From the IMG/VR virus record IMGVR_UViG_3300047308_000027, positions 1 through 25,722 of that record: 25,722 nucleotides of DNA; one strand, given 5' to 3'. Position numbers and translations under genes: made by a program. The notes below the pieces were generated by a model that was given only the letters and a program-made list of their open reading frames with translations, searched no databases and was not told where the DNA came from. Positions within the stretch are counted from its first letter, which is position 1. Every line of letters begins with the position of its first letter. Origin of the DNA: a virus. Taxonomy: Duplodnaviria > Caudoviricetes. Below, piece after piece: positions 15,601 through 23,773 of this stretch.

Positions 15601-15994
15601 TACAACCATTGCAGTTGGTTACCCATATGAAATGTCTGTTGATATTCCAACTGTTCGTTATACAAGTGTTTCGACTGTTGCTACTAAAACTGACACTAGG
15701 TCTTACCTAACCGTCCACCGCTGTAAGTTCCAATTTGGCGATATTGGTATGTTCAATACTACCGTTACTCACCTAGGGAAGAATGATTACAGTGATACAT
15801 GGGAACAGAGTCCAGCTGACAATTACAGGGCTGATACTCACGAAGTAATACCTACTGCTTATCATACCCTACCTGTCTATGATAAGAATACAAATGCTAC
15901 GATCAAGCTTTATAGCAAGCATCCAACTCCTACTGTTCTATTGAGCATGGAGTGGGAAGGCAAGCTATCAACCAAACAATATACGAGTGTCTAA
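12653..15994 (+). CDS. gp12: Tail tubular protein B (nozzle), enlarged (1113 aa)
   Basis: GISQQPD, GLVKRPG, TVNDYTFF.N, WEET, TMPHQLVR, R.VGDD.TN..PSFVG and FFYRNRLG.LS motifs. Confidence 0.93.
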   Translation: MPNITQKISSYVHGISQQPDHLKKQGQVRDALNVIPDPTIGLVKRPGSELINKLNTTKEGKWFTIFRDTTEKYIGQYLNGSLRIWSLLDGTPRVIRYNSTPDLVHPDDGGVGLPADFGSSLNPAATLSVTPVRPTGCDPALMKTRLDTYLAKKSEYDAQEAVVSSANADYENKKANILSYVLYSSPVWNNARGPVGTGGFWVRHGVTPVAPSGYAIGPKRYDNIAVPNSRYTVAWDGYDLLKVTGIYTQAEVDAAKATADAAQALLPALASATLALKKLYEIEAIKCGVAEDGSVSTGTGTTTVTPVQTVPYLLAATPDDIEILTVNDYTFFTNKKRIISMGNTTANSRPYEAFINLKTLEYNTEYSISFSKPGSTADVLVPYATALTIDPGDWEESDGTCPFTQTATFNKTSGSKINMRYQIETRGQAAPVNNADPYSGYKCKYKTYVTLVNGGQGWVTGDSWTETMSGKTYTIRVSSHEYRSTYPTLINTTPKLLPKDAATGTITYESILSYFKTQIDANFGWFATVVGTGLYVTGPSEFQVNAKGGRTDDAIVSMTNKVNNISRLPLQCKDGYVVKILNTGDDKDDYYVKFVGTTPGVDGPGAWEETIKPGILVNFNYATMPHQLVRMPDGTFMFSPVDWEDRLVGDDDTNLQPSFVGSTINKMFFYRNRLGMLSGENIILSRSGDFFNFWSKTAIAISDADPIDLATSSTTPCILYSAVGMKVGLLVFSKDKQFLFGTSQDLLTPQTAKIETLSTYTYNVNSQLIDMGTTIGFLSESGKWSRFFEMTGISSSNTPEIIEQSKIISELIPVNAKEIAQSKENTFIAFAERDTPDLFVYKFFNNGQERIVTSWVRWQLDGNLIHHAVDKDVYYAVTSNGSDVNLVSINLTINSDELIVNKGDVSYSPRLDNRIVIPSSALTFNATLYETSFVSNTVYRIADAVAFGIGSSRFQGKVDVFKSISTNATTGITTYKLSGNWTDTTIAVGYPYEMSVDIPTVRYTSVSTVATKTDTRSYLTVHRCKFQFGDIGMFNTTVTHLGKNDYSDTWEQSPADNYRADTHEVIPTAYHTLPVYDKNTNATIKLYSKHPTPTVLLSMEWEGKLSTKQYTSV

Positions 15995-16448
15995 ATACAT
16001 TAAACATTGTACGTTGGAGGCTGCTTTTGAAGTGGCCTCTAACTTACGCGAGGATGACCGACGAGAAGTAGTTGAAGGGCATGGTCACGATCCCAGAGTT
16101 TCCATTCCCATCAACTCACTCCAAGGTTATTGCGTGTCATTCACAGTGCCTAACGGCAAGACTGCCGGAGTGGCAGGAATAGTAGGAGATAACTGCATAT
16201 GGATGCTAACCACTCCTGCTATTCATGAATACCCTATTACATTTGCAAGGGAGGCTAAACGATTTATTGAAAGCCGCCCTGAACCCTACCTATGGAACAT
16301 CGTTGATAAGCGGAACACTGTTCACTTAAAGCTTCTCCAGTTCCTTGGATTTAAGTTTCTCCGTGAGGTTACTTACGGTCCTAATAACCTAACCTTTATC
16401 GAGTTTATCCGTGTGCGACGCAACAGCCGCTATTGGTGGAGGTCTTAG
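15987..16448 (+). CDS. T7 gp13-like protein (internal virion protein A / acetyltransferase-like fold)
   Basis: Synteny, LREDDRREV, and LWNIVDKRN.VH.KLL.FLGF motif. Confidence 0.75.
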   Translation: MSKYIKHCTLEAAFEVASNLREDDRREVVEGHGHDPRVSIPINSLQGYCVSFTVPNGKTAGVAGIVGDNCIWMLTTPAIHEYPITFAREAKRFIESRPEPYLWNIVDKRNTVHLKLLQFLGFKFLREVTYGPNNLTFIEFIRVRRNSRYWWRS

Positions 16449-17091
16449 TGCAATCAGCAGTATCGCTGGTGGTGCTTCCTCAACCGCTGCTCAAAACAAA
16501 GCAGCAATGGCCGATTACAAATATGGTGTAGCCAAACGTGATGCTGATTGGAAACAGGTATTAAGTTCCTGGGGTAACCAGCGCGTTGACTACCAAAATA
16601 CTATTGATTCTAATAATGAAGCTGCAGGTCGAGCCTATACAGCTGAACAGAACCGTATGAATGAAACGTTCATGCAGGCAGCTTTCCAAAAACAAGATCA
16701 ATTACAACAACTTATTGGGGCACAAGGTCAGCTTGGTGCAAGTGAATCGTATGGCAATTCTGCACGAAAGATGAACCAATCACTGCTGTCTGCCTTTGGA
16801 AGGAACAATGCCATCATGTCTGAAAATCTAGCCAGTAACCGCTCTGCTTCTATGCAGAGGAATTACGACACTTGGCGTGAACTTGCCAGTGCTAATAACC
16901 AATCTTGGTCTCAGGTTGCACAGGCTCCTACAGAGACGTTTGCTCCACAGAGGCCACAGATGCAGAAATTTGATCCTACTGCGGCGTTGTTGGGTGCAGC
17001 AGGTTCTGCTGTTGGTAGTATCAGCAAAACACCTAAATCAGGTGATATTAAATTTAATCCAAACAATGATTTTAAGCTTGGCCAACGATAA
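16411..17091 (+). CDS. Internal core (ejectosome) protein, gp14-like
   Basis: MC start with Gly/Ala-rich hydrophobic ends and a Q/A/N-rich helical middle, plus synteny. Confidence 0.7.
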   Translation: MCDATAAIGGGLSAISSIAGGASSTAAQNKAAMADYKYGVAKRDADWKQVLSSWGNQRVDYQNTIDSNNEAAGRAYTAEQNRMNETFMQAAFQKQDQLQQLIGAQGQLGASESYGNSARKMNQSLLSAFGRNNAIMSENLASNRSASMQRNYDTWRELASANNQSWSQVAQAPTETFAPQRPQMQKFDPTAALLGAAGSAVGSISKTPKSGDIKFNPNNDFKLGQR

Positions 17092-19925
17092 TGAATCTAC
17101 CTGATCAAATTCAATTCCAAGGTTCTGCTGAGTCGAAAGGGTTTAACCCAATCACACCGGCTTCACCTACGCGGGCCTTAGAAGCTGATGCTAATCGGCT
17201 TTCTCAAAGCTGGCAGGAGGTGGCAGGGCAGCAGCTTGAGCAACAGAAACGTACGATCAACTTCAACGATCAGCAGACTCAGTATAATGTTCAAGCTTTA
17301 GCTGGCTTTTCGCAGACGCTAGGTAAGCATCTTGAGGAACAGAAAGACGCTAAAAACGAAGCAGAACGTGCCGAAGCTGAAAACCTTGCCTATGAGCTTG
17401 ACCTAACTCCAGAACGGATGGCAAAGTTTAATGCCATGGAGGAGCAGTTAAAGGCCACAGACAGTGGAATACAAACCTTTGCTGACTCAGTCCAAGCTGG
17501 TGGAGCTGACTACTTAGCAATTCAAAAGATTCGCAATCTTAGTGGTTGGGGAAAGTATGGCCTTGCAATGGGTATGGCTAAGAAGCTCGGTAGTGAATGG
17601 GGTGGATGGGTTGAGAATGCTATGTCATCTGACCGTTCAACTGAGATCACAGTTGATGGTCGTAAATTCTTTCCTGCTGATGCTCAGACAGCACCTGAGC
17701 GAGCGGCTGCATTAGCAGCTCTACGTGCTAAATATCTTAAGGATACTGGCCTTAGTAGTCTCAGTCAAGAACTCCAGAACAAGTATGCATGGTCTCAGAT
17801 GCGTGAGTCTGATGCACAGATGCTCAATAATTGGCGTCAAGAGGATGTACGTAAGGCGCAGGACGCATCAGTTGATGAAACCCTTGCCACCTTTGAGGCT
17901 AGTAAGGTTCAAGGGTTTAATATTGCAATGGACAACCTTGTAAGATCTGGCAAGTATACACGCCTACAAGCCCGCAAGGAATTGCTTTCCCGTGTAGCAA
18001 ATGCAGATGATATTGACTCTATTGGTAATTCTGAATCTTGGCAAAAAGGTAAGACTTGGAATCAACTGTATGAGTCAGAATTTAGACTGGCTAAGCAAGC
18101 AGCTATTGCTGGTGAAAATCAGGAATATAATGCAAATAAATCTGCACTAGAACTTGATGGTAAGAAATGGTTTGAGCAGGTTCAAGAGGAGTGGGAAAAG
18201 AATCCTCCATCTGCTGAAGCTATTGAACAAGCCAAGATTAAGATGCAGGATGACTTTGATTTTATTGATCCGCGCCTAGAACGTTGGACAAATAGAAGTA
18301 CAAATGCAACTCTTGCTAAAGAACTAAGCGATAAGTTTGATCGTCTTGATAGGGCAGGTTTACTGACTAAAGGGATGCTCGATGATCCTAGCGTACCGGG
18401 TACTGTTAGAAAAGAGTTTTTAAATAGAGCTGAGGCATATGATAAAGCTCGTAACGATACTCCTGAATTTAAGAAGTACACTAAACAGCTAGAAGGCGAT
18501 GTTGAACGCTTAGTTGGTGAAAACGTTGCAGGTAATCCTAAGAACGTTCCTGGCTTAGAACTAGCCAAGTCTGATGCTACTGCAAGGTTTCAGGCACTAT
18601 ATTTACGTAGTCTTCAAGGTGGAGCAGTTTTACCAGCTCAGGCTGCTGCCAATGCCTATGCAGCTATTAAACAAGAAATTGATTTAGGGGCAACTAAAAA
18701 AGGACGGTATGCAGTTGATGATTTCAGTGGGTTTACCAATTCTGCTATAGTACCAAAAGGTACAAGTACTGCTTGGGAAAAACATAAAATAGCTATTGAC
18801 GAAAAAACTAAAATTGGTGATACAGCGTTAGATCGGTTTGCTTTAATACCTGCAGCCATTTTACAAGAAGCTATACGTGATTCCAACAGCCCGAATTACC
18901 AAACACCTGCTATTGCTACTTACATTTCTCAGCGTCTAGGCGGTAGGATTTCACCATGGGAAGTTCTTAATCGTCAAGCACAGGCACAAAAATTAGGGTC
19001 TTTAGAAGTACCTCCTGCTTTAAAGGTTGCTCAGGGTACTATGTCCCCTAACTTCCTGCGACTCCTTACTTACAAACCTTCCGCAAGACGTGTCAATCGC
19101 GCCTATGCATCTATCGGTACATTTAACACAAGTTTAATTCCCAACGGCTATGGCACTCTTGTTCAACAAGCAGCTTCAGCTAACCGCATTGATCCTGCAA
19201 TTTTAGCTGGTCTACTAGAAACCGAATCCAATTGGAGAACGGATAGTGTTAGCACAAAAGGCGCCCAGGGCATCGCTCAATTCGTTCCAGCTACAGCTAG
19301 AGAATGGGGCGTTGATGTCACTAATGCTGGTTCTAGTATCCAAGGTGCAGCTAAGTATCTTGCTTATCTTAGAGATTACTTTAATGGTGATCTGAATAAA
19401 GCTATTTATGCCTACAACGGCGGCATGGGTAATATTGCCAAGTATGGGGGACCTATTCCACATAGCGCCGAAAACAAAGGATACCTAAATAAAGTATTGC
19501 TAAATGCGGCCAAATATGGTTATGGCTCTCCTGGTGGTCAGCCTTGGTCTAATGCAGCAATCCTCAATCCGAAGGTTGCCTATGTTACTGGAAATATTGG
19601 CCCCACTTCTACTGGTCCTCACCTTGATGTGAAACAAACTGACGGTGGTTTATTTGACTATAAAGCACTTGATAATTACGTGGAAGTTGAAGACAAGGGG
19701 CGTCGTGTTCCTTTGAGTTCAGTTCCAGTGACTGAAACACAAGCTGGACATAGGGCTAGGGGATCTCACGGGATTGACTATGGCACTTATTCCGGGTCTA
19801 AAGTCTACCTGAAGGGTGGTGTTCGTATTGTAAAACCAGCTCAACGTACAGAGCACGGTGATCTACTAACTATTCAACTACCTAACGGGAAGCAATATAC
19901 ATTCTTACATGGTAAATCAGTGTAA
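17091..19925 (+). CDS. Internal core protein, gp15-like, with C-terminal SLT transglycosylase and M23-like domains
   Basis: Synteny. SLT motifs ETESNW, GAQGIAQFVPATA, GAAKYL and AYNGG. STGPHL and HGID motifs at the C-terminus. Confidence 0.8.
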   Translation: MNLPDQIQFQGSAESKGFNPITPASPTRALEADANRLSQSWQEVAGQQLEQQKRTINFNDQQTQYNVQALAGFSQTLGKHLEEQKDAKNEAERAEAENLAYELDLTPERMAKFNAMEEQLKATDSGIQTFADSVQAGGADYLAIQKIRNLSGWGKYGLAMGMAKKLGSEWGGWVENAMSSDRSTEITVDGRKFFPADAQTAPERAAALAALRAKYLKDTGLSSLSQELQNKYAWSQMRESDAQMLNNWRQEDVRKAQDASVDETLATFEASKVQGFNIAMDNLVRSGKYTRLQARKELLSRVANADDIDSIGNSESWQKGKTWNQLYESEFRLAKQAAIAGENQEYNANKSALELDGKKWFEQVQEEWEKNPPSAEAIEQAKIKMQDDFDFIDPRLERWTNRSTNATLAKELSDKFDRLDRAGLLTKGMLDDPSVPGTVRKEFLNRAEAYDKARNDTPEFKKYTKQLEGDVERLVGENVAGNPKNVPGLELAKSDATARFQALYLRSLQGGAVLPAQAAANAYAAIKQEIDLGATKKGRYAVDDFSGFTNSAIVPKGTSTAWEKHKIAIDEKTKIGDTALDRFALIPAAILQEAIRDSNSPNYQTPAIATYISQRLGGRISPWEVLNRQAQAQKLGSLEVPPALKVAQGTMSPNFLRLLTYKPSARRVNRAYASIGTFNTSLIPNGYGTLVQQAASANRIDPAILAGLLETESNWRTDSVSTKGAQGIAQFVPATAREWGVDVTNAGSSIQGAAKYLAYLRDYFNGDLNKAIYAYNGGMGNIAKYGGPIPHSAENKGYLNKVLLNAAKYGYGSPGGQPWSNAAILNPKVAYVTGNIGPTSTGPHLDVKQTDGGLFDYKALDNYVEVEDKGRRVPLSSVPVTETQAGHRARGSHGIDYGTYSGSKVYLKGGVRIVKPAQRTEHGDLLTIQLPNGKQYTFLHGKSV

Positions 19926-22900
19926 TGGATTACGATCCGCTTAATAGCATGTTAGACGGTACTACTAAAGCTACCGTTGACCCAGTTATGGCTAGACAGT
20001 CTGCTAACGAAGCAGCTCTGTTTCAAAAAGAACAGGAAGAAAAGAAACGCCTGGCCGCAGAGGCAGCAGCTCAAGAGCAGCAACAGGTAAAACAAACTGC
20101 ACAACAAAAAGAAGCTGAATCTAGAAATAACATTCCTGGGGTTGCTCAGGAGTTAGTTACTGCCAATATTGGTGCTGGTCTTGATTTCGTGGAGGACGTT
20201 GGTCGTAAGTTCAACCAGCCTTGGATGGAGATTCCTGATGAATGGGAACCTGCTAACAAGACTGAATGGGGAAAAGCGGCACGTCAGATCATGGGATCTA
20301 TCGGCCCTGCTGTTGGGGCAGCCCTTCTTACTAGACGTGGTCTCAGTGCAGTTGGTGCTCGCACCGCTTTAGGTAGTGCCCCAAAATGGGTAAAGGCTAT
20401 AGGTTTTGCCGGTGCTGACGCTGGTGCTGGTGTTGCTGTAGATAGTGTTACTCGATATGCAGAGGACGATAACTTAGGCGGAGTATTGAAAGAGAACTTT
20501 CCTAAAGTGTTTGGCTGGATTCCTGATGATCTGGCAACACTTGATTCTGATTCACCTGATATTAAACGCAGGAAGAATGTCCTCGAAGGTGCTGGCCTGG
20601 GTCTTTTGGTTGATGTATTTCAGGGTGGTGTAGATCTTGCACGGGCTATCAAAGGAAAGATGATTCGTACTGAGTTTATTCCTAAAGATACTCAGGCTGC
20701 TAAAAATCTGCAAGAGCTTGGGAACAAGGTAGGTACTAACTTCTCTAGTCACCCCACTATTGACCGAATTATTCGTAATGGCGAGTTGCGTGAAAAGGAC
20801 GTAGAGCAGATGGCTGTCAAGCGCTTTGAGGCTAAAGGGCTCAATGAACCAGATCCTTTCATCCATTCTCCTATCTATGACGATGCTGAGAAGCTCCCTA
20901 AGGCAGTAGAGCCTAGTGGTGTGATGAATGCCATGGTTGATACGGTCAGGATCCAACAGAATGTTGGCACTACTAATGGCCGTATTGCCAGCTTTGTAAC
21001 CAACCCAGCATTAGACGGACTTGGGATGTCCGATGTGACTAGTCGGAAGTTAGTTACTGAGGTAGAGCAGCGTATTAAAAAGGCAGGTAACTTTGAGGCT
21101 AAATTGCCCAATGGGCGCATGATGTCACATGCTGAACTTAAGCAAGGGGGTGAAAAACTTCTTGCTCAACTCCTTGATCCTTCAATGAGTGGTTCAGACA
21201 TTGCTAAAATGTTTGATGACTTTAATCTCCGTGACGTTAAAAACCTTGGTGGTGATATCAACGTTAACCCTATCAATGAAACTGCATACAAGCAGGCATT
21301 TAATGCTGTTAAGGAGCTTAAGTCGTTCTACTTAAACATCGATACAGCTCGTGCATCTGCTTATCTTCAAGCCTCACTGGGTGGCGAGGTGTCAGACACT
21401 GCTACTGCAATTCGCATCATGGGCGACGAGCAGGACATTACCCGTGCTCAGGAAATGATCATGGATAAGCTCACCACACTGTGGTATGAGAATGATCTAT
21501 CCAGTTCCATTGCTGGTTGGGCTCTAAACAATAAAAAGGTATGGGAAAGTGTTTCCAAATCTAATGATGCAGCTGCCATCAAACGTTACGCTAAAGAAGC
21601 ACAAGTTCAGATCACTTCTAAAGCTAAGCAGAAGGCCGCTGAGTCAAGTGCTTTCGTCCAGCAGCTAAAGACTATCAATCAAGAGAATCCAGAATATCTT
21701 AAACCTCTGATGTATGCCTACGAGCTTTCGGATGGCAACGTTCGTAGTATTAATGCACTCAATAAGTATATGGCTAATGTCCAGGGTACTTGGACTAAAG
21801 CCTTCATTGATCGTCAGCCTGAGATTCCTTCAATTGTAACTCAAGGTTTAATGGGTGTCTTCTATAACCTGAAGCTTTCAGCTCTTATGACCCCCATTAA
21901 AGCTATTGCTAACAATACTGCGCTACTTCTTATGAAGCCAGCAAACGTGATGTTAGGTGCAGCTGTGCGTGGTGACATGAAAACTCTCCATCGTGGATGG
22001 GTGCAATATGCAACTCATATGGATACTACTCTTAAGGCTGGTGGTCAATATATGAGTGATATGTTTAAACGTGTTGCTGCTGATCCTAGTCTTACTCAAC
22101 GTGCTGATTTTGTTACTAGGAATAAAGATTACCTCATGTTATCCGAATCTTATGCAGTAGCCGAAGCTGCTAAGGGAAATCATGGTCCAATGATGAAGCA
22201 TAATTTTGTTGACATGATTAACAAGATTAATGATCATCCCTGGTTTCGTAATTCTATGAACATGATGGAAGCTGGCGATGGCTTTGTTAAGGCAACTATT
22301 GCCCTTGCTGAAGCACGTGGTCAAGCCTTTGATCAGCTGCTTGCCGAAGGTAAGAAGATTACTGGCGAAGATGTTCAGCGGGTCTCTAAGGAAATCTATC
22401 AAAAAATGTTTGATGCTGATGGGCTAATAACTGACGAAGCTGTATCTCACGCATCACGTGAAATATCTATGAACTTGGATAGTTCGTTTGTCACTTCCTT
22501 GAATGGTTGGCTTAACCGGGCTCCAATTCTTAAGACTGTCATTATGTTCCCTCGAACTTCTACTAACATTCTTGAGTTTATTCATAAGCACAGCCCACTG
22601 TCTTATTTTATTGGTGACCTTGAAAAGGTTCGTACATTAAAAGACGTAGATGAGATTACGCAATATCTTGCTGGCAAAGGTATACCTTTCTCTGAGCAAG
22701 CTTGGAATACTCATAAATCAGAGGTACTAGGTCGTGTTGCTATGGGGACCGCAACAATGACTTATGGCTCAATGATGTTTCTTAGCGGCAACCTTACTGG
22801 TAATGGAAATTTTGACAAACAGACCAGCAAGTTTTCTCAAAACGTAGGTGAACGTCCATTGCGGTCATGGAAAGGGCCTGATGGTAAATGGAGAAGTTAT

Positions 22901-23773
22901 GACGGCATTGAGCCTTTAGCTTCTATTCTTGCTCTTACAGCAGATGTTCTAGAAAACCATGACACGCTTGGTTCTGGTAATGCAGAACAGCTACTATCTA
23001 AGGCAATGTATGCCGTATCAATGAATTTGACTAACAAGTCTTTCTTGACTGGTATTCAACCAATTATGGATATGTCTGCAGGTAATGAAGTTGCTCTCAG
23101 TCGCTACCTTTCTAACTTGTCAAGTGTTGGTGCTCTTGGTCAGTTTGCTCGTCTTGTTAACCCAGGTTTGCGGGAAGTTGATCTTGATCTGGCAAACATG
23201 CTACGTAACAAGTGGAATGTGCTAGATACAATTAATGTAGGCGAGCCCCTACCTTACATGATTGATCATATTGATGGCGGAATTGTAGGACGTGAAAACT
23301 GGTTTGATAATGCCCTAAACGCTTTACTTCCTTTTAAAACTAGTTCTAATCCCTCACCCGAAAAGCAATTTCTTATAGATTCGGAGTACGATGCTATGCC
23401 ACAGCTTAAAGCATCACTCGGTAATGTACCTTATACGGCACGTCAACGCAGTCGTTTAGCTGAGCTTATGGCTCAGAGCGGTATTGTCAAGAAGGGTATT
23501 AGGGAAATGATGAAAGATCCAAAATACAAAAAAGATCTTCAAATGATGGAACAAGCCAGATCCCAAGGGCTTGACAGTAAAGAACTTGACCTAAGCAATA
23601 GCATGACACATATGAGGCTTCGATCTTTATACAATCAAGCTACCGTTCTGGCCAAAAAACAGCTTGCTGCTGAGACACCAGATATTAGCAAATCTGAAGT
23701 TAAGGTCAAGAAAATTAAGGGTGCTCAAGCCCGTGGAGATTGGGAGTCGATTTTATCCAACAAGAACAAGTAA
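19925..23773 (+). CDS. Large internal core protein, gp16-like
   Basis: 1282-aa helical protein between the gp15-like gene and the tail fibre. The assignment rests mainly on size and synteny. Confidence 0.75.
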   Translation: MDYDPLNSMLDGTTKATVDPVMARQSANEAALFQKEQEEKKRLAAEAAAQEQQQVKQTAQQKEAESRNNIPGVAQELVTANIGAGLDFVEDVGRKFNQPWMEIPDEWEPANKTEWGKAARQIMGSIGPAVGAALLTRRGLSAVGARTALGSAPKWVKAIGFAGADAGAGVAVDSVTRYAEDDNLGGVLKENFPKVFGWIPDDLATLDSDSPDIKRRKNVLEGAGLGLLVDVFQGGVDLARAIKGKMIRTEFIPKDTQAAKNLQELGNKVGTNFSSHPTIDRIIRNGELREKDVEQMAVKRFEAKGLNEPDPFIHSPIYDDAEKLPKAVEPSGVMNAMVDTVRIQQNVGTTNGRIASFVTNPALDGLGMSDVTSRKLVTEVEQRIKKAGNFEAKLPNGRMMSHAELKQGGEKLLAQLLDPSMSGSDIAKMFDDFNLRDVKNLGGDINVNPINETAYKQAFNAVKELKSFYLNIDTARASAYLQASLGGEVSDTATAIRIMGDEQDITRAQEMIMDKLTTLWYENDLSSSIAGWALNNKKVWESVSKSNDAAAIKRYAKEAQVQITSKAKQKAAESSAFVQQLKTINQENPEYLKPLMYAYELSDGNVRSINALNKYMANVQGTWTKAFIDRQPEIPSIVTQGLMGVFYNLKLSALMTPIKAIANNTALLLMKPANVMLGAAVRGDMKTLHRGWVQYATHMDTTLKAGGQYMSDMFKRVAADPSLTQRADFVTRNKDYLMLSESYAVAEAAKGNHGPMMKHNFVDMINKINDHPWFRNSMNMMEAGDGFVKATIALAEARGQAFDQLLAEGKKITGEDVQRVSKEIYQKMFDADGLITDEAVSHASREISMNLDSSFVTSLNGWLNRAPILKTVIMFPRTSTNILEFIHKHSPLSYFIGDLEKVRTLKDVDEITQYLAGKGIPFSEQAWNTHKSEVLGRVAMGTATMTYGSMMFLSGNLTGNGNFDKQTSKFSQNVGERPLRSWKGPDGKWRSYDGIEPLASILALTADVLENHDTLGSGNAEQLLSKAMYAVSMNLTNKSFLTGIQPIMDMSAGNEVALSRYLSNLSSVGALGQFARLVNPGLREVDLDLANMLRNKWNVLDTINVGEPLPYMIDHIDGGIVGRENWFDNALNALLPFKTSSNPSPEKQFLIDSEYDAMPQLKASLGNVPYTARQRSRLAELMAQSGIVKKGIREMMKDPKYKKDLQMMEQARSQGLDSKELDLSNSMTHMRLRSLYNQATVLAKKQLAAETPDISKSEVKVKKIKGAQARGDWESILSNKNK

